DNA of 64,000 nucleotides from Octopus bimaculoides (taxonomy: Eukaryota). Every line of letters starts with the position of its first letter. Position 1 is the stretch's first letter. A program made the position numbers and the translations under genes. This document shows, piece by piece, positions 54,848 to 64,000 of the stretch. The stretch spans positions 157,085,082 to 157,149,081 of the forward strand of contig NC_068981.1 of NCBI RefSeq assembly GCF_001194135.2. The letters run 5' to 3'. A model generated the notes under the pieces. That model saw nothing but the letters and a program-made list of their open reading frames with translations. It searched no databases and was not told where the DNA came from.

Positions 54848-54955
54848 AACAAAGTTTGTTTTAAAAGCGTTGAGATGTATTGAAAGATACAGAAATAAAA
54901 AAAATTATTTCTGTATCTTTCAATACATCTCAACGCTTCTAAAACAAACTTTGTT
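54848..54955. repeat. Near-perfect 51-bp-arm palindrome
   Basis: AACAAAGTTTGTTTTAAAAGCGTTGAGATGTATTGAAAGATACAGAAATAA, an A-rich loop, then the reverse complement with 1 mismatch. Confidence 0.92.
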
Positions 54956-55407
54956 GTTGCCTTTCATTGTAAGTTTTATATGCATAAACTTTTGTTGAGA
55001 GTGCCAAAACTTTCCCAGGTGAAGAGGGCACCCCACAATGTAGTTTAGTTGTTAACAACTTCAGGATCAGGGCTAAATGGAATCACCACTGAGATGCTTG
55101 AAATATCTGGTGGAGTAGGATATAGCCTAGTCACCCGTATAGTTAATCAGGTTGTCCATGAGAAAGTCATATCCAATAATTGATGTAGTAGCATTATAGT
55201 CAATTGCTAAAAAGGCAAAGGTGATGCCGTAGACAGAAATAATTACAGATGTATCAAACTGTTGGATCAGGTGATGAAAGTTACAGAGAAGGTCATAACC
55301 CAACCAGTTAGGAAGAAAGTTAGTGTAGATGAAATGCAGTTCAGATTTGTGCCAGACAGGAGCACGACTGATGCTATATTCCTGGTTAGGCAACTGCAGG
55401 AGAAATA

Positions 55408-55585
55408 GTTCTATATTTAAGAGATGAAGAATTAGGTACATTTACATTATTTACATTTGACAGATATTTGTCCTCATCTTGTTTGCTGGTAACACGTTTC
55501 GGCTGATATACCCTCCAGCCTTCATCAGTTGTCTTGGGAAAATTTCGAACCTGGGTTCTCATTCCTAAGGTATTTTTCGATATTA

Positions 55586-55630
<45 letters not shown>

Positions 55631-55923
55631 TTACTGCCTGGAATCAAACTCGGAATCTTGGGGTTAGTAGCCCATGCTCTTAACTACTACGTCATATGGC
55701 GTAGTAGTTAAGAGCATGGGCTACTAACTCCAAGATTCTGAGTTTGATTCCAGGCAGTGAACTGAATAATAATAATAATATCGAAAAATACCTTAGGAAT
55801 GAGAATCCAGGTTTGAAATTTCTTCAAGACACCTGATAAAGGCTGGAGGGTATATCAGCTGAAATGTGTTAACAACAAACAAGATGAGGACAAATATCCA
55901 TCAAATGTAAATAATGTAAATAA
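55408..55923. mobile_element. 516-bp fold-back (head-to-head) tRNA-SINE-like element with hammerhead-core-like motif, 13-bp TSD
   Basis: TSD TGCAGGAGAAATA at 55395-55407 and 55924-55936 duplicates RTE coding sequence. The arms meet at a central TA (55695-55696). Each arm has TGGCGTAGTAG (A-box-like), GAGTTTGATTCC (B-box-like), (AAT)n and a hammerhead-core-like motif: intact CTGATGA..GAAAC in the left arm, decayed to CTGATAA..GAAAT in the right. Confidence 0.88.
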
Positions 55924-56336
55924 TGCAGGAGAAATATGTAGCCAAAAATAAACCCTTGTACCTGGCTTTTGTCGACATGGAGAAAGCCTTTGACAGAGAC
56001 GCTGCTCCCTTATCTGGTAGTCGATGTGGAAGCTAGGGATAGATGAGTGGTTGGTGAGAGTTGTACAAGCCATGTACAGGGATACTGTCAGTAAGTTAGC
56101 AATGAGTATAGTGATGAATTTATGGTACAAGTAGAAGTTCACCAAGGATCAGTCCTCAGCCCCTATTGTTCATCATAGTCCTCCAGGCAATAACAGGAAT
56201 TTAAGGTGAGCCGCCCCTGGGAGGTCCATTATGCTGATGACCTTGTTCTTATCACTATCAGAACTTGAAAAGAAATTTCAGACATATGGAAGCAAGGTCT
56301 AGAATCAAAGGGCCTTAGAGTTTATCTAGCAAAAAC

Positions 56337-56508
56337 TAGTTGATATAACCCTTGAGCTTTACTGAATACTTTGCTTTAACAATAATACAATAAACCTAAA
56401 GATAATTTGTTCAATGCACAAGATAGATACTTGTGTGAGGAAAAGACTTGGGATAAACCACATTGGTATATGTTTCATCAACCCTATAAGTGGCTGATCA
56501 ACAAATAA
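56337..56508 (-). mobile_element. 172-bp insertion in the RTE with a 13-bp TSD; inverted homologue at about 59800-59949
   Basis: TSD ATCTAGCAAAAAC at 56324-56336 and 56509-56521. The insert is the reverse complement of 59800-59949 with few differences. Confidence 0.8.
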
Positions 56509-57794
56509 ATCTAGCAAAAACCAAAATCTTTGTAAATAGGAGAGCAGACAAATCACAAATCCCTTTAGGGAGACAGCCTTGCTTGATCATAGTGTAAGCT
56601 ATGGACATGTAAAAGTGCAGCAATATCAGAGAAAGGTTAACAGGGAAAATAGTTTTTGTGTGTGGAAGGTGCACAGGTACAATTAACACTAAAAATGTAC
56701 AGAAAATAGACTCCATCAAATGCCAGGTGAAATCTAGAAGTAGTTGATAACTTCCATTACCTAGGTGACCAAGTCAGTAGCGGGGGTGCATGTTCTGAGA
56801 GTGTAGCTGCTAGAATAAGAATTGGCTGGGCAAAGTTCAGAGAGCTCATACCTCGGCTGGTAACAAAAGGCCTTTCTCTCAGAGTGAAAAGCAGACTGTA
56901 TGATGCCTGTGTGTGAACAGCCATGCTACATGGCAGTGAAACATGGGCTGTGACTGCCGAGGAAATGCGCAGGCTTGTAAGAAATGAAGTTAGTATGCTT
57001 CACTGGATGTGTAATGTCAGTGTGCATGCATGACAAAGTGTAAGTGTCTTGAGACAAAAGTTGGGCATAAGTGGCATCAGATGTAGTGTGCAAGAGAGAC
57101 AACTGCACTGGTATGGTCATGCGATGCATATAGACAAGGATAGCGGTGTGAAGAAGTGCCATACTCTAATGGTGGAGCAAACCTGTGGAGGAGGTAGACT
57201 CAGGAAGACATGGGAATGAGGTAGCATCCATGCTGGTGGTATGTAAAAAGCACCCACTACACTCTTGGAGTGATTGGCATTAGTAAGGGCAACCAGCTGT
57301 AGAAACCATGCCAAATCAGATTGGAACCTGGTGCAGCTCTCCAGCTTACCAGTTTTCAGTCAACCCGTCCAACCTATGTCAGCATGGAAAGCAGACATTA
57401 GATGATGATGATGACAGACATCAATTTTCAATTGAAGTAGCATTAATCATAAGGTGGAATCTTATTTCTATACTTATCATTAGAGTTAGCATGAAAAAAA
57501 AAACATGAAAAAACAACAATGTGATACTTATTAGTGTTGTCATGATGATGATCATGATGGTTACCATCATTTAATATACACTTTATCTTACTTGATTGGT
57601 TCAGACAGAATTTGTTGAGGCAGATTTTTCTGTCACTGGATGCCCTTTCTATCACCAATCTTCACTTGTTTCCAAGTAAAGTAATGTTTCTCCATGGCCA
57701 GTCATATTCACAAAAGACTAGTAAGAGAGAATACCACTTGTATGACAGTGATGCTCATTTCCAAACTATCACATATACACATATATCTATGTGT

Positions 57795-58086
57795 GAGAAT
57801 TATGGGCTTCTTTCAGTTTCCATCTACCAAATCCACTCACAAAGCTTTTGTTGGCCCAAGGCTATAGTTGAAGACACTTGGCCAAGATGTCACACAGTGG
57901 GACTGAACTCAAAACCATGTGTTTGGGAAGCAAACTTCTTAACCACATAGCCATGTGGTCAAGAAGTTCACTCCTTAAACAGACAGCTTTGGGTTCAGTC
58001 CCACTGTGCAGCACCTTTGACAGATGTGTTTCAGTTACAAGTGAATTTGGTTGATGGAAACTCCATGAATCCTGTCTCACACACAC
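57795..58086. mobile_element. Head-to-head pair of SINE family A 5' halves
   Basis: Reverse copy at about 57795-57951 and forward copy at about 57952-58086, joined at 'aaccacatag|ccatgtggtc'. Confidence 0.7.
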
Positions 58087-58157
58087 GTGTGTGTGTGTGA
58101 GACAGGATTCATGGAGTTTCCATCAACCAAATTCACTTGTAACTGAAACACATCTGT
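58020..58157. repeat. Perfect 67-bp-arm palindrome centred on (CA)n/(TG)n
   Basis: 58020-58086 is the exact reverse complement of 58091-58157; the spacer is GTGT. Confidence 0.92.
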
Positions 58158-58273
58158 GTATGTATGCATGTTTACATTGCGTGTACTTCTCTTGAAAAAG
58201 TACTGAGCTGCATGTAATGAAATTTGCTGGAATTTCCTTGTCAACAAATCATCCACTGCTTTTGTACTTTTAA

Positions 58274-58492
58274 CCCTTTAGCATTCAGATTATTCTATCA
58301 AATGTAATACTTATTTATTCACATTGATTTGAATTAGTCATGCATTACCTTGTAGCTTTGAGGTTTCAATAATGTTACTGTTTATTTTTAGAAAAACATT
58401 GTAGAGTAGGTGTGAGAGGCTGGATCTGACCAGTTTGAAGATAAAACAGGTAGATTATTTTGGTCAGATATGGCTGGTTTAAACGCTAAAGG
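58274..58492. mobile_element. piggyBac-like MITE, copy 2
   Basis: TTAA|CCCTTTAGCATTCAGATT...GCTAAAGG|TTAA, homologous to 9857-10089. Confidence 0.75.
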
Positions 58493-61377
58493 TTAAAGAC
58501 AAGTAGAATACGATACCCTGTACTTGAAAAACAGGTAAGGGTCAGCAACTGGAAGGACACATGTTTATAAAACATTGCCTCAATAATATATATTTGCTTA
58601 ATCTATGCTAGAAAAAAATGGACATAAAAATGAATGAAAAAGAGACAGGGCAGGAAAGGTTCGAAGAAGTCATAGGATGTAAAGGATATTCCAGGTATGC
58701 TGTGGAAGGAGAGAAGTTGAAAGTAAGAGATTTATCAATGATCAGCATTGAGAAGATCAAATGTGCAAAATGTACAAATCATGATTTCATTGGGAAAAAG
58801 TATGTATATGGAATGATAGTAGCACACTTGCCCTCACTGACATCAAGAACAAAGAAACATAAAAATATTACTATGAGAAGTTGCTGAATGGGAAAAATGT
58901 GTGGGAGAGACACAGAGCATGGGAACACATTAAGTTGATAGATTTTGTCTGCCATGAAGAATGTCCTATTATTGTTGCTTGGCAAGAAAGTGAAGACAAT
59001 TTTTCTGTCTTACAGCAAAATAACTGTTGGTTAACCCTAGGTCAATGCTGAAGAAAAATCACCATGATCTAAGGCATTCCAATTACAATCATCCACTTGT
59101 TTTTTTTTTCCAAGACAATATTCTCATTTTTTTTAAGGTGGTTGATGAGGAAACCACAGTCTCTCATTGGCTGTTGTTGTTGTTGTTGTTGTTTGGGTTC
59201 AGGTTAGCCATGAACAGATCTATAATCAAAAGCATTCAAGCTCTGACCATCCTGTCAGGCTTCCACACATATCCTGTTATTCAGATTTCAGCTTTAAATG
59301 ACTTGAAGTTATGATAGATGTTTACTCCAGGGAGTGAGATGATTGATTGGGTGTGGCTGTTTAGACACTGAGGATCTAGCACAACTGACTGGACATTCAA
59401 CTTGTTTTGGTGACAAGTGCTTTTTGGCAAAAGAGGCAAAAAGCCTCTCTACACACACACACTATCTCTCTCTCTCATGTACAGAAATATACATAGAGAG
59501 GGAGAGAGAGAGAGAGAGAGAAGGAGAGGGACATTACACATGCATACAAACATAATTAGAAATAGTAATGATAATGATAGACAAATTATCAGCCCCAATG
59601 TTGAGAATTCAAATGCTGCTGAGTTGAACTTTGTTAATCATCTTTTCAAGGTCAATAAAGTAAGTATTTATAATTAAACTGGAATCACTTTAATTGACAC
59701 TACTTCATCATCATCGTCATTTAACATTCGCCTTCCATGCTGGCATGGGTGGGACGTGTCTCTTACAGATTTCAGACTTTGAACAGAATAGCTGTAGATT
59801 TATAGTTGATGAAACATGTACCAATGTGGTTTATTCTAAGTCTTGCCTCACACAAATATCTGTCTTGTGCATTGAACAAATAAATCTTTAGGTTTATTGT
59901 ATTATTGTTAAAGCAAAGTATTCAGTAAAGCTCAAGGGTTATATCAACTTAAGTTGTTTAGCCCCAGGTCGGCCTTAACTGAGCAGGTCTATAATCAAAG
60001 GTGTTCCAGCGATAACCTTTATTTTATTCAGACAGTGCATTCAGTGTCACATTATTCAGTACAACCAAACCCAATGAAAAACTTGAATGAAATATATTCA
60101 AGTGACGACAGAAATGCTATAGGCATGACTTGATTGTAGATGTAATAGTTATATACACACAAGGTTTAAACCCAGGCGAGCGATGATCAAGCAAATCTAT
60201 GATGAGATACATTACAGTTGTGACCATCCCATCTCCTTGTTTGAGCAGGGAACTGAGTACGACCACCATGTACTTTTCTAAGCCAGTAAAGGGTGATTTT
60301 CTGGAATTTGGTTGCTATTGTTAGCAGATCAATCAACCACGGAGAGAATTCTTTGTTGACTCCTCCAGGTATACAATAGAGCATTGGCTACATACAACGA
60401 TTACTTAGCTGACTGGATATCTGTTGAATGTTTGTGTTATACAACGATAATCGATATTTCTGTTTTTATACGCTTATTTAAACAAAGAAAGTCAATAATT
60501 AGGTTTTATGACAAGTGCGCTGAAGTCAAAAACACTGAGAAGGCTCTACGTACATTGTGTCTTCTTTTATAATTCATTTCACAGCTATGATTTTTAAGGA
60601 ATAACTTTGTGAAATTTTCTTTTAAATCGTAAGACTTTGACAGAGGACAACTTTGTTCGTGTTTCGAGGGACGCTGTATGGCTACTTATCAAATATGTTA
60701 TTCAGCCCCAGGGCAGCACCGATCAAAAGTATTCAAGACATAACAATCCCGTCTATTTTGAGGATTACATCTGTCAAGGTGTCCTTCCATTTTTAAGAGA
60801 GCAGAGAGTGATATTGCTTCTATTTCTAGCAGGCGATTATTGAATATGCACATCGACTATTTGCCCACACACGTTAAAGAGAAACAACAGAAAGGAAAAT
60901 AAAAGTACCAAGCATCGTATAAACGACGATCAAGGGAAGGACAATATAAAGCATTATTAATCAAGTCTAACACAAATTACTTAATAAATAAAGTGAATCA
61001 TCAATTTCCCAAGTTGTACGATCCAGGAAAATCAATGTTTTTAAGAACTAAAATACTTTAGGAAAAAAACGCATGAAAAATATATATCCTGCATATTTTG
61101 GACAAAAGATATTCTATATCTGTTAATTATTTAATATACAAATTAAAAAGAAAATTTCATCACTTATTTAGTTAGGGTCGTACCTTCGATAGAAAAAAAA
61201 AATGATGCCACGTTAATTGAAGTCCTATACACGAAAAGTCATAGAGTTTAATTAATAAGTAGTTAAAATAAACAATCCAGTAGTAAACTATAAATGTACT
61301 AATTAAATGTTAATGTTGACGGGAAGAGAATAGCCATCAAATACGAAAAGAAAAGAAAAAAACAAAAAATACATTAC

Positions 61378-61436
61378 CCTTCTACTGTTTCGACAACACG
61401 GTGAATGGCAATGAAAATTAAAAATATTTGATACAT
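61378..61436 (-). CDS. NAGPA: NAGPA exon 1: signal peptide
   Basis: ATG at 61436 with an in-frame stop 15 nt upstream. Reads MYQIFLIFIAIHRVVETVE(G), then GG|GTAATG, 59 nt, phase 2, the phase exon 2 requires. Hydrophobic signal-like core. Sits in a CpG-retaining region. Total CDS 1749 nt = 582 aa. Confidence 0.8.
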
Positions 61437-61444
61437 ATCTTGTG

Positions 61445-61760
61445 GACGTCATGGATATTTACAATGTTTACACGAATAAAAACACAGAGACTACTTGACA
61501 GGAATATCAACACATGACAATTGCCTGAATGTGCGTGCGCGCTTAAGGGTATTTATACCCGAGTTATTGGCTCGTTGGCAACATTGTTCACGTGATATAA
61601 ACTCAAGAGTTATTCCCCTTCTCAAAGATTCTTCCCATTTTTTTTTAACACAAAAGGTGAACGTCTTCTATCTTGCTATATGTCCTTCTCTGCATAAAAA
61701 AAGAATACATTGACTCGAACACGTGTAACATGTGAAATTGACATATCACTTGACGTCGTG
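61445..61760 (-). promoter_or_regulatory. NAGPA proximal promoter: CLEAR/E-box TCACGTGA, second E-box, CCAAT, GC-rich TGCGCGC and CRE-like sites
   Basis: TCACGTGA at 61588-61595; CACGTG at about 61720; ATTGG at about 61566; GTGCGTGCGCGC at about 61530; TGACGT cores at about 61446 and 61751. Motif matches only. Confidence 0.55.
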
Positions 61761-61946
61761 AAAATTGTTATAGATTTCAATTCACCACATCAGGTTTACA
61801 TAAATTCCTAAACTTTTGGATCATACTACTCGACACTCCATGGGGGCTAATCCGTTTGCACTCTGAAATGATCAGACTTAGACATGTCAGCGTATCCTGT
61901 TCCCACTTATCACGCAAATGCGGCTGATCAACAACTTTTTTTTACA

Positions 61947-62807
61947 GAGAAAGAAGCTTGCTTCTCAATCATATCATCTCGGGTTCAATCCCGCTGTACA
62001 ATACACTGGGCAGGTATCCTCTGCTATAGACACTAGGCTGACTAAAGTCTTGTGAATAGAAAGAAGCCGGTCCTATATATGTATACATTTATGTGTGTGT
62101 ATTTGTGTTTGTTCACCCACCACCGCATGGTAATCGGTACTGGTTTTTTCACGTCCTTGTAACTGAGCGGTTCGACAAGAGGACCGGAAAGAATAAGGAC
62201 CCGACTTTAAAAATAAGTACTGGGATCGATTTGCTAGACTAAAGCCTTCAAGACTGTGCTCCAGTATGGCCGCAGTCCAATGACTGAAACAAATAAAAGG
62301 TAAAAGGTAAAATATACTTTTGCGAGAGAGGTCAACAAACTACTTTCTTTTTTAAACCGAAAGATTTCTTAGTTTTAAAGCAAAATCAATACATCATCCT
62401 AGGCGGAGGCGCGGCTGTGTGGTAAGAAGCTCGCTTCCCAACCACATAGTTTCCGGTTCAGTTCACTGCATGGCACCTTGGTTAAGTGTTTTCTACTATA
62501 GCCCCGTGCCAACCAAAGCCTTGTGGATCGATTTGGTAGACGGAAACTGAAAGAAGCCCGTCGTATAAATGTATATATTTGTGTGTGTGTGTATGTGTGT
62601 ATCTTTGAGCTTATCCTCCCACCACTGCTTGACAACCGGTACTGGTGTGTTTACGTTCCCGTGACTTAGCGGTTCGGCATAAGAGACTGATAGAATAAGT
62701 ACTAGGCTTTAAAAAATAAATCCTGGGGTCGATGCATTTGACTAAAAATCCTTCAAGGCGGAGCCCCAGCATGACCGCAGTCTGATAACTGAAACAAGTA
62801 AAAGATA
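61947..62807 (+). mobile_element. Two SINE family A copies in tandem (about 61947-62312 and 62402-62807), CpG-rich
   Basis: The second copy is full-length: 'ggcggaggcgcggctgtgtggtaagaagc..ccggttcagttc' through 'ctgaaacaagtaaaaga'. Confidence 0.88.
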
Positions 62808-63072
62808 TAAAACATCTACCTTTTTTCTCATTAGCTCCTTTTGCCAATGACTCACTTGCCATCACATAAACGTTACGATTAACTACAAAGTATCCTTTAA
62901 AAATTAGTGCACCGTTAAAGTAGAGTGCTTTTTGGGACATTTTTTATACTAAAATCTCATCTGCACTGTGAAAGTTTAAATTATTCAACTCTACCAATTG
63001 TTAAATCAAGATACATTTGTCTTACGTTTAATCTGTCTGAAACAGCAAATAAATAAATATATAAATAAATCT

Positions 63073-63650
63073 TCTTTTTTTTTTACCCGTTTCAGTCACT
63101 GGACTGCAGCTATGCTGGGCACCCTTATTTGAAGGGGTTTAGTCAACCAAACCGACCCCAATACTTATTTTAAGCCTGGTGCTTATTACATTAGTTTTTA
63201 GGTCGAACCGATAAGTTACGGAGGCATAAACAAACCAACACCAGTTGCCAAGCACGCACACATACAACAAGTTTGTTTCAGTTTGGGTCTGCCAAATACA
63301 CACACAAGACTTAGGTCGGTCCAAGGCTATAGTAGAAGACACTTAGACAAGTTGCAGTGTTACTGAACTCAAGACAACATGGATGAGAAGCAAGCTTCTC
63401 AACCACATAGCTCCTCCCTTCGCCTATAAACGAATAAATTGTTTCAACATTTTTGGCACAAGGCTAGCAGTTTTAGAGGAAAAGAGTTAGTCGGTTGCTT
63501 CGATCCTAATACTTGATCGGTACTTTATTTCATCGACCCCGAAAGGCTGAGAGGCAAAGTTGATCCAGGCAGTACTGGAACTCAAGACTTAAAGATCTGG
63601 GAAAAAGGCCGCTAAGCAGTTTTGTCCGACTGTGCGAGCTCACCGCCTTA
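63073..63650 (-). mobile_element. SINE family A (about 63073-63418) and SINE family B (about 63437-63650)
   Basis: Reverse-strand matches to the same diagnostic strings. Confidence 0.8.
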
Positions 63651-64000
63651 AATGAATGAATAAATAAATAAAAGCACGGCGACGTATTTCTCTTTCGCAT
63701 GCCCACTTTCAATAACTATCTTATACTATTCAGAAACACAATGGTTCACGAAGAAAAGTATTATGAATATGTTAGAGTGACTTTAAAAGCCATAAAAAGA
63801 AGCCCCTTCTTCCATAATATGTAGGTGGGAATTGTGGTTTCACTGAATGCAATCTTATCAACCTCGGACAATTTTGTTTTTCTCTTCTGCTTGAATAGAC
63901 ACTTAAAGTCTAAGATAAGGCAGGATAATTCCAGTGCTGATGACACATATTGAAGTTGAAACACGTTTATGTATGTATTGTTTCTCAGCTACATGGTTCC

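Larger units (their letters stand above)
55000..57414 (+). mobile_element. 5'-truncated RTE LINE (RT to (GAT)n tail) with two nested insertions
   Basis: Reads KGKGDAVDRNNYRCIKLLDQVMK, QFRFVPDRSTTDAIFLVRQLQEK|Y..LYLAFVDMEKAFDR, VHQGSVLSP, YADDL, GLRV.LAKTK, VDNFHYLGD and AMLHGSETW. It ends with the family hairpin and (gat)n. Confidence 0.92.

Noticed and set aside
54682-54933. 83-aa ORF ending ATG GCT AGC CG|GTAAC, a phase-2 donor compatible with NAGPA exon 2
   Set aside because: It encodes no signal peptide and the ORF runs through a palindrome. The 61436-61378 exon has the right phase, a signal peptide and promoter context. It cannot be fully excluded as a minor alternative.
55697-55770. 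A/B-box sequence as a genuine tRNA gene
   Set aside because: No complete cloverleaf or acceptor stem, and it continues into a SINE-like body. The same applies to the other SINE heads.
60198-60258. ATGATGA...CTGA as an intronic C/D snoRNA
   Set aside because: No terminal stem, no recognisable guide or D'/C' boxes; such motif pairs are common by chance in AT-rich DNA.

Overview
AT-rich, repeat-dense eukaryotic scaffold with five N-gaps. The SINE and RTE repeat families look cephalopod (Octopus-like); this is an inference from pattern recognition. Two minus-strand protein genes can be rebuilt by hand with GT-AG junctions and consistent intron phases. (1) An 11-exon NAGPA (lysosomal 'uncovering enzyme'), CDS 61436 to 30650, 582 aa: signal peptide, RxxR pro-peptide site, phosphodiester glycosidase domain, EGF repeats, TM helix and acidic dileucine tail. 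A CLEAR-like TCACGTGA lies about 150 bp upstream of its ATG. (2) A FAM89/LURAP-domain gene with two coding exons (12213-12016 and 4064-3762, 166 aa). The rest is transposon debris: RTE and CR1/L2 LINE remnants, many tRNA-derived SINEs, piggyBac-like and mariner-like MITEs, a full-length 2,451-bp Tigger/pogo element, a Penelope-like GIY-YIG fragment and microsatellites. The most unusual signal is a 516-bp fold-back element (55408-55923) inserted with a 13-bp TSD. Each arm is a tRNA-like head, (AAT)n and a hammerhead-core-like motif, and only one arm carries a 3' tail. A collapsed second copy sits at 38.6 kb. This may be a non-autonomous, Penelope-mobilised SINE/ribozyme hybrid. Almost all short ORFs in the supplied track are spurious or TE-derived.
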